32,000 bases of DNA from the NCBI RefSeq assembly GCF_000196355.1, contig NC_007614.1, positions 2,520,001-2,552,000 of the forward strand, given 5' to 3'. The notes under the pieces are model-generated. The model had not been told where the DNA came from, made no database searches, and saw only the letters and a program-made list of their open reading frames with translations. Made by a program: the position numbers and the translations under genes. Below are positions 20,295 through 32,000 of this stretch, piece by piece. Each line of letters starts with the position of its first letter. Position 1 is the first letter of the stretch. This DNA is from Nitrosospira multiformis ATCC 25196 (GTDB lineage Bacteria > Pseudomonadota > Gammaproteobacteria > Burkholderiales > Nitrosomonadaceae).

Positions 20295-20403
20295 AGTCGA
20301 GTCAATGAATTCTTCTGGGTGATTTCCGGAAGCGGCCCACCCTGTTCAATCTCCGGAAAGAATCCCGAAGGAGAAGATGGGCCGGAATGCGAAGGTATAA
20401 AGG
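20232..20403. repeat. Copy B of the imperfect direct repeat, over the porin-like gene's leader and N-terminus
   Basis: See copy A at 18794-18960; same orientation and same position relative to the start codon. Confidence 0.88.
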
Positions 20404-20422
20404 AAAGGCGGAATTGCCGGGA

Positions 20423-21928
20423 TCAGCGCAGCCCGCCTGCGGCAAATATGCCGTGCGGCTTGACAAGACCGTCACGTGGCCCCCATACCTTGGTGACGGT
20501 ATCCGTTTCCGTATCGATCTTCAGCACATATCCGGAAACCCAGCTTGCCACCAGCAAATAGCGATTATCCGGGGTTGGACTGATGGTATGCGCCACGGAG
20601 TATCCACTCGGGAGTTCGTAACCGGGCCGCAGCCTCTTGATGAACTGGGGGTTTTTACGATCGGTCAGGTCGAATACCGAGATGTAGCCGTCATTGCCGA
20701 ATGTAAAATCGAGAGTATCTTCCTCCGCGATGTAGAGTTTGCCATTCACCACGGCAATGTCGGATGCAGAACGGAGAACCCCTCGCTTACCGACTTGATT
20801 GGTAGGCCAGAGTATCTGTTTCGCGGTTCCTTCGTGGGTATCAAGCAGCCATACGCTGGGTGGAATGATGTAACTCGTGGTCGAGGGCGTCAGGGAGGTT
20901 TTGTCGAATTGCATCGTTGCGGTAACGGCATACCGCTCGTCCAGCCAGTATACGAAATGGGTAAAAGCCGCATGCATCGTCTCGTTGCCCAGCATGATCT
21001 GGCCGACAGCCTGCAATTCGCCTGTTTCCCTGTTCGGCTTGTATACATCGATTACACTGTTATCGAAAAAGTAACCTGTGCCAAGACCAATGGTGCCCGA
21101 TTTATTGAAGTTAACCCCATGGGTTTGCTCAGTGTAACCAGGGATGACAATCGGATCAAAACTCACAAACTGGTTGGTTTTGTGGTTGATGACCCGCACC
21201 CTGTCCGATGTAAATTCCGTAAAGTAGAGAAAATCGGAGTACGGCAACAGGGTCGGACCGTGAATCTGCGTTCCCCTGCCTATGAGCCAGTTGGGAACGG
21301 CCTGGACCTGGTTGACCGGCTTGACAAACGGTAATTCCGAAGGCCTGTTGGGAGAGTCTGCTGCAAGTACTGCCTCGACCGTCAGTGAGGCGTAGCGGGT
21401 ATCCCAGTTGATTTCGTTCACACCCAGGGCGATGATGTAGGAAGGGTGATCCGGCGTATTGTCGGAGGTGATATAAATCTTTTTCCCCTCGGGCATTACC
21501 ACCGTGTGCTGCAGGGGAACATTTCCAGGCCAGCCAGGAAGCGTGGTGGGATCCAGGATGATCAACTTGTCGTTTTCATAGTTGAAGAGATAGACCATCC
21601 CGTTGTGGTAGTCGATCGCCGTCGCGATGGGCTGGATATGCTCGTTATAAACATTCGGATATTGGTCGAGTGGAAGGGACTGAGGAGGTACTTGCCCCTT
21701 GTTCGCGTAATTATCATCGCCCGCATACACCTTGCCATCCGCGTCACGCAGGCTGTCGATTCTCGTGCGTATCTTGCCGGCGTTTGCCGTCGGAGCAGCG
21801 GTGCTTGATGAAGTGTTTTCTTTTAAGAAGGAGGGATTATCTGCGGCATGAATTGCACTTGCAGATAGTGTCAGCATGTATAAGCCCGCCTGTAAGAACA
21901 GACGGGAATTCTTCTTGATTAAAGTCAT
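20423..21928 (-). CDS. Secreted YncE/lactonase-like beta-propeller protein
   Basis: Likely start MTLIKKNSRLFLQAGLYMLTLSASAIHAADN at 21928, inside the ORF called to 22063. Repeated blade-like units, e.g. TSDRVRVINHKTNQFVSFDPIVIPG and YLLVASWVSGYVLKIDTETDTVTKVWGP. Confidence 0.75.
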   Translation of the reverse strand: MTLIKKNSRLFLQAGLYMLTLSASAIHAADNPSFLKENTSSSTAAPTANAGKIRTRIDSLRDADGKVYAGDDNYANKGQVPPQSLPLDQYPNVYNEHIQPIATAIDYHNGMVYLFNYENDKLIILDPTTLPGWPGNVPLQHTVVMPEGKKIYITSDNTPDHPSYIIALGVNEINWDTRYASLTVEAVLAADSPNRPSELPFVKPVNQVQAVPNWLIGRGTQIHGPTLLPYSDFLYFTEFTSDRVRVINHKTNQFVSFDPIVIPGYTEQTHGVNFNKSGTIGLGTGYFFDNSVIDVYKPNRETGELQAVGQIMLGNETMHAAFTHFVYWLDERYAVTATMQFDKTSLTPSTTSYIIPPSVWLLDTHEGTAKQILWPTNQVGKRGVLRSASDIAVVNGKLYIAEEDTLDFTFGNDGYISVFDLTDRKNPQFIKRLRPGYELPSGYSVAHTISPTPDNRYLLVASWVSGYVLKIDTETDTVTKVWGPRDGLVKPHGIFAAGGLR

Positions 21929-22341
21929 TTCAGATTCCCCTTGTATGCTTTGAATGAATAAATCCAACGCACTGGAAGAAATTTCCATCAGGGAGCCGGG
22001 ATGCCAAAAACAGCTTCTTTCGGTTTGATACCGATCACTGACAGAATGAGGTATTTCCACCAAGCTTCTTTTTCTTGGATTATGAAAGCGCAGTGCCCGA
22101 GTCCCTCGTCACCAGGAAGCGACTTCGATACAACTACGGTCCGAAAGGTTAGCACCGCCGCGCTGGATTCAAACCGGGGAATAAGAAGGGGAAGATCCCG
22201 CTAATTGCTGGGTATGAGCTTGTATGAAGCGATGAAGAGGTGTATTGCTGTCCGGAATAAAATGAGGAGCAATCTCGAGAACTTCATGGGCAAAAGACAG
22301 CCCGTTTTGCGAGGACAGAATCTTCTGGGAAAAACCTTGAT

Positions 22342-22422
22342 CGTCATTTCCGCAAAAGCGGAAATCCATTGGTTTGTCATTACATTAAAAAGATCTGAAG
22401 ACACACTTTTGCGGGGATGACG
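22342..22422. repeat. REP-like pair of facing palindromic units (VIPAKAGIQ-type extragenic repeat)
   Basis: cgtcatttccgcaaaag (22342-22358) versus cttttgcggggatgacg (22406-22422) form a near-perfect inverted pair. The first unit is itself a palindrome, atttccgc-aaaa-gcggaaat. Frames read VISAKAEIHW and MDFRFCGND, which resemble common REP translations. Confidence 0.7.
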
Positions 22423-22608
22423 ACACCTTGATGAATCCGGTGCAGAATTCATCACGCCGGTGTTCCCGCATATGCAAATGGTTTTATGAGAACTGCCCGA
22501 TTTGGGAAACCGGACAGGAACGCTGTCTATTGCAGCACAGGGGAAAGGATATCAGTCAATGCGGGAAGCCACACTGACTCTGTGGCTTATATGCGCTCGA
22601 ACATGCAC

Positions 22609-23715
22609 TCATTCCGCAAAAAATTCCCGGACCTTGTCCATCCAGGATTTTGCGCGCGGGCTGTGGCGAGAACCGTCTTCCTGATTGATGGCTTCCAGCT
22701 CCTGCAACAGTTCTTTCTGTCGAGGGGTAAGCTTGACTGGCGTCTCCACCACGACATGACACAAGAGGTCGCCCGGATTATTGCTGCGCACACCCTTGAT
22801 ACCTTTGCCGCGCAACCGGAAGATTTTTCCGCTTTGTGTTTCCGCCGGTATCCGGATTTTTGCATGCCCTTCCAGCGTGGGAATTTCGATCTCACCCCCC
22901 AGCGCTGCGGTCGTGAAACTGACGGGCATTTCGCAGTGCAGATCGTTGTGGTCGCGTTGGAAGACCGAATGAGGCGTCAGGTGAATGACAACATACAAAT
23001 CTCCCGGAGGGCCGCTGTTGACACCCGCTTCGCCTTCTCCCGACAAGCGGATGCGATCGCCTTCATCCACACCCGCGGGAATTTTTACGGATAACGTTTT
23101 ATGGTGTTTGACACGACCGGAACCGCCACAAGTATTGCAGGGGCTGGAAATGAATTTGCCGCTGCCATGACACTTGGGGCACGTCTGCTGGATCGAGAAG
23201 AATCCCTGTTGCATCCTCACCTGTCCATGGCCATTGCAGGTAGGACAAGTGGTGGGTGAGGTGCCAGGTTTTGCGCCGCTGCCATGGCAGGTGCCACAGG
23301 CATCCATGGTAGGAATGCGAATCTTCGTTTCGGTTCCGCGCGCCGCCTGTTCCAGTGAAATTTCCAGGTTATAGCGCAAATCCGCTCCGCGGTAGACATT
23401 GGCTTGGGCGCTACGTCCTCCGAAAAGATCACCGAATATATCGCCGAATGCGTCAGCGAATCCCTGGGCGCCACCGCCGCCCATGCTGGCATCCACTCCG
23501 GCATGGCCATGCTGGTCATACGCTGCCCGCTTCCGGGGGTCCGAAAGGACCTCGTAGGCCTCTTTTGCCTCCTTGAAGTGTTCCTCTGCTTTCGGGCTAT
23601 CCGGATTGCGATCCGGATGATATTTCATCGCCAGCCTGCGATATGCCTTTTTTATTTCATCCTCGCTGCTGTCGCGATTAATGCCCAGCACTTCGTAGTA
23701 GTCGCGTTTGCTCAT
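22609..23715 (-). CDS. dnaJ: Chaperone protein DnaJ
   Basis: Start [38 protein letters not shown] at 23715, inside the ORF called to 23829. G/F-rich region and four CxxCxGxG zinc motifs. Confidence 0.98.
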   Translation of the reverse strand: MSKRDYYEVLGINRDSSEDEIKKAYRRLAMKYHPDRNPDSPKAEEHFKEAKEAYEVLSDPRKRAAYDQHGHAGVDASMGGGGAQGFADAFGDIFGDLFGGRSAQANVYRGADLRYNLEISLEQAARGTETKIRIPTMDACGTCHGSGAKPGTSPTTCPTCNGHGQVRMQQGFFSIQQTCPKCHGSGKFISSPCNTCGGSGRVKHHKTLSVKIPAGVDEGDRIRLSGEGEAGVNSGPPGDLYVVIHLTPHSVFQRDHNDLHCEMPVSFTTAALGGEIEIPTLEGHAKIRIPAETQSGKIFRLRGKGIKGVRSNNPGDLLCHVVVETPVKLTPRQKELLQELEAINQEDGSRHSPRAKSWMDKVREFFAE

Positions 23716-23886
23716 ATAGTTTTCTTGAAAATTCGGCCGCACGGAGAGTAGCGCACCAGCTTGAGCCAGCCTCCTCTCCGGGACGCCAAAACGCAGGATG
23801 CGGAAAGGAATGAGGCGCCTTTTCCGCACCGCTGCGCTTAGAATGTCTTGATGCTTTTTTGACTGCTGCTTTTGCTGCTTGCAGAT

Positions 23887-25821
23887 TTACTTCTTGTTTT
23901 TTACTTCCTCGAACTCCGCATCGACAACTTCTCCTTCGACAGGTTTTTCAGTCCCGCCGCTCTGGCCGGAAGGTTCCTCACCGGGACCGGCCTGTGGACC
24001 CTGCCCCTGTGAATACATCTTTTCCGCCAATTTATGCGAAGCCTCGGCCAATGCCTGGGTTTTGGCCTCGATGGTTTCCTTGTCGCCGGACTTCAACGCA
24101 TCTTCCGCCTCTTTCAGTGCCGACTCTATCTTCGATTTTTCCTCATCGGCCAGTTTATCCCCATGCTCCTTCATGGTTTTCTGCACAGAGTGGATCATCG
24201 CATCGCACTGGTTGCGCGCCGTGACCAGTTCCATCGCCTTATGGTCTTCCTCGGCATGGGCTTCGGCATCCTTGACCATGCGCTGCACTTCCTCTTCCGA
24301 CAGACCGGAACTTGCCTGAATCTTGATCTTGCTTTCCTTGCCTGTCGCCTTGTCTTTGGCCGACACATGCAGTATGCCATTCGAGTCGATATCGAATGTC
24401 ACCTCGATTTGCGGCATGCCGCGCGGAGCCGGCGGGATATCGGCCAGGTTGAACTGGCCCAGGCTCTTGTTGCCGGATGCCATCTCGCGTTCGCCTTGCA
24501 GCACGTGAATGGTTACGGCAGTCTGATTGTCATCCGCGGTGGAAAATACCTGATTCGCCTTTGTCGGAATAGTCGTGTTCTTCTGGATCAGCTTGGTCAT
24601 CACGCCGCCCAGCGTTTCGATACCGAGCGACAACGGCGTCACATCCAGCAGCAGCACATCCTTCACCGCGCCCTGCAGCACGCCGCCCTGGATCGCCGCG
24701 CCCACGGCCACTGCCTCGTCAGGGTTCACATCCTTGCGGGGCTCCTTGGCGAAAATTTCCTTGACCTTTTCCTGTACCTTGGGCATGCGGGTCTGCCCCC
24801 CCACCAGGATAACGTCGTCGATATCGGAAATCTTTATACCCGCATCCTTGATGGCGATACGGCAAGGCTCCACCGTGCGCGTGATCAAATCTTCCACCAG
24901 GCTTTCCAGCTTGGCGCGGGTGATTCTTACCGCGAGATGCTTCGGGCCGCTGGCATCCGCCGTGATGTACGGCAGATTGACCTCGGTTTGCTGGCTGGAA
25001 GAGAGTTCGATCTTGGCTTTTTCCGCGGAATCCTTTAACCGCTGCAAAGCAAGCATATCCTTCTTGAGATCGATACCGTTTTCCTTTTTGAACTCATCCA
25101 CCAGATACTCGATGATGCGGGCGTCGAAATCCTCGCCGCCCAGGAAGGTGTCGCCATTGGTCGCCAGCACTTCAAACTGATGCTCGCCTTCGACTTCTGC
25201 AATTTCGATAATGGAAATATCGAATGTTCCGCCGCCCAGATCGTACACGGCGATCTTGCGGTCCCCTTCCTTTTTATCCATTCCGAAAGCAAGCGCGGCT
25301 GCGGTCGGCTCGTTGATGATACGCTTGACTTCGAGTCCGGCGATGCGGCCTGCGTCTTTTGTGGCCTGCCGCTGGGAATCGTTGAAATAAGCCGGTACGG
25401 TAATGACGGCTTCGGTCACGGGCTCACCCAGATAATCCTCCGCCGTCTTTTTCATCTTCATGAGCACTTGTGCCGACACTTCGGGGGGCGCGACTTTCTT
25501 GCCGCGCACCTCAATCCATGCATCGTTGTTGTCGGCTTTGATGATGGTGTAAGGCACCATCTTGATGTCCCTTTGCACCATCTCCTCGTTAAAGCGCCGC
25601 CCGATCAGACGTTTCACCGCGAACAAGGTATTTTTCGGATTGGTGACGGCCTGTCGCTTGGCAGAGGCGCCCACCAGAATCTCGCCATCTTCCGTATAGG
25701 CGACGATGGAAGGCGTGGTGCGCGCCCCCTCGGAGTTTTCTATCACCTTGGGCTTGCCGCTTTCCATGACGGCAACACATGAGTTAGTGGTCCCCAGGTC
25801 GATTCCGATAATTTTTCCCAT
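23887..25821 (-). CDS. dnaK: Chaperone protein DnaK (Hsp70)
   Basis: 644 aa; [60 protein letters not shown]. Confidence 0.99.
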   Translation of the reverse strand: MGKIIGIDLGTTNSCVAVMESGKPKVIENSEGARTTPSIVAYTEDGEILVGASAKRQAVTNPKNTLFAVKRLIGRRFNEEMVQRDIKMVPYTIIKADNNDAWIEVRGKKVAPPEVSAQVLMKMKKTAEDYLGEPVTEAVITVPAYFNDSQRQATKDAGRIAGLEVKRIINEPTAAALAFGMDKKEGDRKIAVYDLGGGTFDISIIEIAEVEGEHQFEVLATNGDTFLGGEDFDARIIEYLVDEFKKENGIDLKKDMLALQRLKDSAEKAKIELSSSQQTEVNLPYITADASGPKHLAVRITRAKLESLVEDLITRTVEPCRIAIKDAGIKISDIDDVILVGGQTRMPKVQEKVKEIFAKEPRKDVNPDEAVAVGAAIQGGVLQGAVKDVLLLDVTPLSLGIETLGGVMTKLIQKNTTIPTKANQVFSTADDNQTAVTIHVLQGEREMASGNKSLGQFNLADIPPAPRGMPQIEVTFDIDSNGILHVSAKDKATGKESKIKIQASSGLSEEEVQRMVKDAEAHAEEDHKAMELVTARNQCDAMIHSVQKTMKEHGDKLADEEKSKIESALKEAEDALKSGDKETIEAKTQALAEASHKLAEKMYSQGQGPQAGPGEEPSGQSGGTEKPVEGEVVDAEFEEVKNKK

Positions 25822-25904
25822 AATTGATCCTTGTATTAGTTAATTCTCGATATCCGTTGAATAATTCGCTTGTTACCGCTGAAGTGGGGATAAAGATCGC
25901 GATT

Positions 25905-26486
25905 TCAAGACTCTTTTCCCTTCGAAACCGAAACCAGCGCCGGCCGGATAACCCGATCATTCAGCACATAGCCTTTCTGCATAACCTGCACGACTGTGTT
26001 GTGCGGAAGCTCGGACTCCACCATGCACATGGCCTGGTGCAAATGCGGATCGAATTTTTCACCCTGGGGACTGAGCTGCTTGATATTGAACTTGGCGAAA
26101 GTCGCAGTGAGCTGCTTGAGCGTCAATTCCATGCCGCTTTTGAAATTCTCGACTGTTGCATTCTCCACCGCCAACGCAGCTTCCAGGCTGTCCATGACCG
26201 AGAGCAGTTCAGTGGAAAAATTTTCAATAGCGTATTTGTGCGCGTTGGTGACGTCCATCTGGGCGCGCTTTCTTATGTTCTCGCCTTCAGCCTTGGCGCG
26301 AAGCCATGCATCATAATGTTCCGCTGCATCGAGTTCGGCTTTTTTCAATAACTGCTCCAGGCTGGGCATGGCTTCGCCCTCCTGCTCGGGCGTCCTGGCC
26401 TTGTTTTCCCCGGTTTCCTGTACACTGCTTTCGCTTGTTACGGTCAGCTCGGGCTGGTCTGGTTGAGGTCGGTTTTCTTCTGTCAT
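25905..26486 (-). CDS. grpE: Nucleotide exchange factor GrpE
   Basis: 193 aa; acidic N-terminus, [48 protein letters not shown]-terminal [45 protein letters not shown]. Confidence 0.97.
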   Translation of the reverse strand: MTEENRPQPDQPELTVTSESSVQETGENKARTPEQEGEAMPSLEQLLKKAELDAAEHYDAWLRAKAEGENIRKRAQMDVTNAHKYAIENFSTELLSVMDSLEAALAVENATVENFKSGMELTLKQLTATFAKFNIKQLSPQGEKFDPHLHQAMCMVESELPHNTVVQVMQKGYVLNDRVIRPALVSVSKGKES

Positions 26487-26608
26487 GGCTTTCTCCTGAT
26501 TTTCTATCCCTAAACATATCGGGATGGTTTCTCGAATTTCAAGCCCAAAATTTTCAGGGCTCCATAATGTGAGGGGACAGCTTGATAGAAAAGGAAAGGA
26601 CGCGAGAA

Positions 26609-28012
<1,404 letters not shown>

Positions 28013-28099
28013 TTAACACAGGTAGGCTTCGGCCCCGTTATGCCATGCAGTGCGGAAAGCCGATATAATGCGCGCTGACCACTCTCTTCAAGATTCGCC

Positions 28100-28708
28100 A
28101 TGAAGCTCATTGGATCTCTTACCAGCCCCTACGTACGCAAGGCACGCATTGTTCTCGCCGAAAAGCACGTTGGTTATACCTTCGAACTGGATGTCCCCTG
28201 GAACGATGATAGCCAGGTACCCGACTACAATCCGCTCGGCAAGGTGCCGGTGCTGATCATGGATGACGGGACGAGCGTGTTCGATTCACGCGTGATCGTC
28301 GAGTATCTCGACAGTGTCAATCCCGTATCGCGCCTGATCCCGGACGGCAATCGGCGGCGCATCGCGGTAAAACGCTGGGAAGCGCTAGCGGACGGTATCT
28401 GTGACGCCGCTGCCGCCATTTTCCTGGAGCGCAAGCGCAGCAAGACGCAGCAAAGCGGACAGTGGATTTCCCGCCAGCAGAAAAAGGTTGAGGGAGGCCT
28501 GGAAGCGGCGGCAAGGGAACTGGGTGACAGAAAATGGTGCGATGGAAATGCTTATTCGCTGGCTGACATCGCACTGGGCTGCGCGCTGGGCTATCTCGCC
28601 TTCCGGTTTCCGGAGATCAAGTGGCGGGAGAATTTTCCCAATCTGGCGGAGCTTTCCGACCGTCTGGAAAAACGGCCCGCGTTCATGGAAACCGCGCCAC
28701 AGGATTGA
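28100..28708 (+). CDS. Glutathione S-transferase-like protein
   Basis: 202 aa; MKLIGSLTSPYVRKARIVLAEKHVGYTFELDVPW...NPLGKVPVLIMDDGTSVFDSRVIVEYLD, GST N-terminal thioredoxin fold. Confidence 0.92.
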   Translation: MKLIGSLTSPYVRKARIVLAEKHVGYTFELDVPWNDDSQVPDYNPLGKVPVLIMDDGTSVFDSRVIVEYLDSVNPVSRLIPDGNRRRIAVKRWEALADGICDAAAAIFLERKRSKTQQSGQWISRQQKKVEGGLEAAARELGDRKWCDGNAYSLADIALGCALGYLAFRFPEIKWRENFPNLAELSDRLEKRPAFMETAPQD

Positions 28709-28979
28709 CAGCAGTATTGCCCTGATGGCCCATATCGGTGGAAAAATGGATATAGGGCCTGCTAACACTTGTTTTGCACTGCAGATTCCACAGCTATATA
28801 GATATAGGCGGTAGTCTGAAGGGGGAAGCGGAAACCACAATCCATTACAGAATTCGATGGATTGCTGCTCCACTCATCCTACCCCTACCACCTCTGCTCC
28901 ATTATCCTGCCTTTATGCAGGCAGATTCCCCAAGTCAGCATGTGTCTCCCTCCACTGGCCGTTTTATCTGCTTTCCCTC

Positions 28980-30071
28980 TCAATCATCCTGGGTAGCGGC
29001 AATTACCCCTCCCCCCAGGCACACCTTGCTTTCGTACACCACCACTGACTGCCCGGGCGCCACGGCCCACTGCGGTTGGGCGAACTCGATTTTGCATTTA
29101 TTGCAATCAAGGTAAGTGATCGAACAGGGAGCGTCCGATTGGCGATAACGGATTTTGGCCGCGTACACCCAGTTGCAGCGAGGCATCTTGCCGCTCACCC
29201 ATGTCAAGTCGGTTGCAGCAAGCGCGGGCCTGAGCAGGTCGGGATGATCGTGCCCCTGTACTACCGTCAGGACGTTCCGCTTCACGTCCTTTTCCGACAC
29301 AAACCAGGGTTCGCCGTCGCCCCCCCTCGTTCCTCCAATGCCCAATCCCTGTCGTTGCCCGATAGTGTAATACATAAGGCCGGCATGCCTGCCCATGACG
29401 TCTCCGGAAGGCGTGCGGATTTCGCCTGGGTCGTTCGGCAAATAGCGGTTGAGAAATTCCCGAAAAGGCCGTTCACCGATAAAACAGATGCCGGTGCTGT
29501 CCTTCTTGGAGAAATTGGGCAGCCCGTGGTCTTTCGCGATGCTTCGCACATCGCGCTTATAAAGATGCCCGATGGGAAACAGTGCCCTGGACAACTGCGC
29601 CTGGTTGAGCCGGTAGAGAAAATAACTCTGGTCCTTCGTTCCATCCTCACCCTTGAGCAACTGGAATACACCATCCGTATTGCGCACCTGGGCATAATGT
29701 CCTGTCGCAATATAATCCGCGCCCAGCCCCGCCGCATGGTCCAGAAACGCCTTGAACTTTATCTCCGCGTTGCATAGCACATCCGGATTGGGGGTCCGGC
29801 CTGCCTTGTATTCGGCAAGAAAATGGCTGAATACCCGCTCCTTATATTCGGCGGAGAAATTCACAGCTTCAAGGGGAATTCCAATGACATCCGCCACTGA
29901 TGCCGCATCTATCAAATCCTGCCGGGATGAGCAGTATTCATCCGTGTCGTCATCTTCCCAGTTCTTCATGAAGAGGCCGATCACTTCATACCCCTGCTGT
30001 TTCAACAACAAGGCGGCGACAGAGGAATCCACGCCGCCGGACATTCCGACAACTACGCGCGCCTTGCTCAT
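28980..30071 (-). CDS. mnmA: tRNA-specific 2-thiouridylase
   Basis: 363 aa; [79 protein letters not shown]. Confidence 0.98.
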
Positions 30072-30072
30072 T

Positions 30073-30519
30073 TCAAGCCAGATGAGTAAGGATGTCGAGC
30101 GGACACCCTTTCCCTGCCAGATGGTCTTCGATGCATTTCATGACGAGGGGGCTACGGTGGCAATAGGTCATGCTGCGGATTTCATCGATGTCGAACCAGT
30201 CAGCGCGTACGATGCCTGCGTCCAGGTCGCGGCCGGGATCATGGCCGCTCACTGAACCGGAAAAAGCAAAGCGTATGAATGTTGTATCTTCCGCCGGGGA
30301 ATGCCAGTGATAAATGCCGAGTACGGATTGGGGGACGAACATGTAGCCCGTCTCTTCCAGAGTTTCCCGTATCGCGCCATGGATGATTGACTCCCCCGGC
30401 TCCAGATGACCCGCCGGCTGATTAAATAACAAGCCGCTGCTGGTTTGCTCTTCCACCAGAAGATATTGCCCGTCTTTCTCCACCACTGCTGCCACCGTTA
30501 CATTGGGTTTCCAGATCAT
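30073..30519 (-). CDS. NudJ-like Nudix hydrolase
   Basis: 148 aa; Nudix box [25 protein letters not shown], directly upstream of mnmA with a 1-bp gap. Confidence 0.9.
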
Positions 30520-30785
30520 GATTTCATTATTTCAACCGTTTTAATTATTAAATAGCGGAACGTGGATACAACCGGACACGGGGCCCGAAATGTCATACTC
30601 CTATTATAAGGGAAGCCGTCCCGCCGCTGCGGTCTGTAACGCTTTCACGAGATATCGGGAAACCCGGGGGGCAAAAGCAAGCGCTTCTATCCGAAACGCG
30701 GTTAAAATATATGAATTTTTTGCCGATCCGGTTCCGGCTTGTTCCGGATTATGGAACCAAGCCCTGCTCAACAAATGGAGATAGC

Positions 30786-32000
30786 ATGTATCAGCACATC
30801 AGCATACCAGCGGAAGGCTCGAAGATCAGCGTAAATGCGGATTATTCCCTGAATGTGCCGGACAACCCGGTCATACCCTATATAGAAGGCGACGGAATCG
30901 GGGTGGATATTACTCCGGTAATGAGGAAAGTGGTGGATTCCGCCGTAGAAAAGGCTTATGAAGGCAAACGCAGGATTTCCTGGATGGAAATCTATGCCGG
31001 AGAGAAATCGACGCGTATTTACGGCGAAAATGTCTGGTTACCCGAGGAAACCCTGCAGGCGGCGAAAGAGTATGTGGTTTCGATCAAGGGTCCGTTGACC
31101 ACACCGGTGGGAGGCGGCATCCGCTCCATCAATGTGGCTTTGCGCCAGGAGCTGGATTTGTATGTATGCCTTCGTCCTGTTCGCTATTTTCAGGGGGTAC
31201 CTAGCCCCTTGAAAAATCCGGAGAAAACCGACATGGTCATTTTTCGCGAGAATTCGGAGGACATCTACGCCGGTATTGAATGGGAAGCCGGGTCGGAAGG
31301 CGCTAAAAAAGTTATCGATTTTCTGATGAACGACATGAGCGTCACCAAGATACGCTTTCCCCAAACCGCAGGGATCGGCGTAAAGCCGGTATCCCGCGAA
31401 GGTACCGAGAGGCTGGTACGCAAGGCAATTCAATATGCGATAGATAACGGACGGCGCTCGGTAACCCTGGTGCATAAAGGCAACATCATGAAATTTACCG
31501 AAGGTGCGTTCAAGAACTGGGGCTATCAGCTTGCAGCAAAAGAGTTTGGAGCAAGCCTGCTCGACGGCGGACCATGGATGAAGCTGCCTGAGGATAAAGG
31601 CGGTATAGTGATCAAGGATGTGATCGCGGACGCTTTTCTTCAGCAGATTCTGCTGCGGCCGGAGGAATACGATGTCATCGCCACGTTGAATCTGAACGGC
31701 GATTATGTTTCCGATGCTTTGGCTGCGCAGGTAGGCGGCATCGGGATCGCCCCCGGCGCAAACATGAGCGACTCGATAGCCATTTTCGAGGCAACCCATG
31801 GAACCGCTCCCAAGTATGCCGGCAAGGACCAGGTCAATCCAGGCTCCATCATTCTGTCCGCGGAGATGATGCTGAGGCATATGGGCTGGGCAGAAGCTGC
31901 TGATCTCATCACGCAGTCGATGGAAAAAACCATTCAGGATAAAACCGTAACTTATGACTTCGCCCGCCTGATGGCCGGTGCGCAAAAAGTCTCCTGTTCA
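30786..32000 (+). CDS. icd: Isocitrate dehydrogenase [NADP+], C-terminus truncated by the window end
   Basis: Translation from 30786: [58 protein letters not shown]...[11 protein letters not shown]...[17 protein letters not shown]; open to the window end. The ORF track shows only antisense frames here. Confidence 0.96.
   Translation, partial: MYQHISIPAEGSKISVNADYSLNVPDNPVIPYIEGDGIGVDITPVMRKVVDSAVEKAYEGKRRISWMEIYAGEKSTRIYGENVWLPEETLQAAKEYVVSIKGPLTTPVGGGIRSINVALRQELDLYVCLRPVRYFQGVPSPLKNPEKTDMVIFRENSEDIYAGIEWEAGSEGAKKVIDFLMNDMSVTKIRFPQTAGIGVKPVSREGTERLVRKAIQYAIDNGRRSVTLVHKGNIMKFTEGAFKNWGYQLAAKEFGASLLDGGPWMKLPEDKGGIVIKDVIADAFLQQILLRPEEYDVIATLNLNGDYVSDALAAQVGGIGIAPGANMSDSIAIFEATHGTAPKYAGKDQVNPGSIILSAEMMLRHMGWAEAADLITQSMEKTIQDKTVTYDFARLMAGAQKVSCS

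Noticed and set aside
20387-21334. 315-aa plus-strand ORF
   Set aside because: Antisense to the beta-propeller gene; no recognisable domain.
24034-25038. 334-aa plus-strand ORF
   Set aside because: Lies entirely antisense to dnaK; a typical shadow ORF in GC-rich DNA.
28774-29115. 113-aa plus-strand ORF between the GST-like gene and mnmA
   Set aside because: Overlaps the 3' end of mnmA antisense, no domain-like features; likely non-coding.
31038-31985. 315-aa minus-strand ORF
   Set aside because: Antisense to icd, which is clearly coding in the opposite strand.

Overview
This 32 kb window is a mostly ordinary chromosomal segment from what looks like a betaproteobacterium. A Nitrosospira-like ammonia oxidiser is my guess from memory, not tested. 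Housekeeping genes recognisable from protein sequence are cysM, a ComEA-like HhH protein, ssb, an MFS transporter, uvrA, a MOFRL-type glycerate kinase, phoB-phoR, a NudF-like Nudix hydrolase, grpE-dnaK-dnaJ, purB, a GST-like protein, mnmA, a NudJ-like Nudix hydrolase and icd (truncated by the window). The main accessory element is a compact four-gene minus-strand operon at about 2598-7941, between comEA-like and ssb. It encodes a DNA methyltransferase-like protein (DPFCGSGT ... TSPPYG), a phosphoribosyltransferase-like protein (VFFDDLVGSGTQ), a large P-loop ATPase (GGKGSGKT ... LLDEIE, ORC/CDC6-like by impression) and a 318-aa Rossmann-like protein of unknown function (CIDVTGFMR ... YSEP ... 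YLSPLATK). There is no recognisable restriction endonuclease. This is the best candidate here for a poorly characterised conflict or defence system. A second region of interest is an envelope-associated cluster (17613-21928: secreted protein, SCO1-like protein, porin-like beta-barrel, beta-propeller protein). Two of its genes share a duplicated block of about 170 bp that covers the upstream leader and the start of the signal peptide. A REP-like inverted repeat pair lies at 22342-22422.
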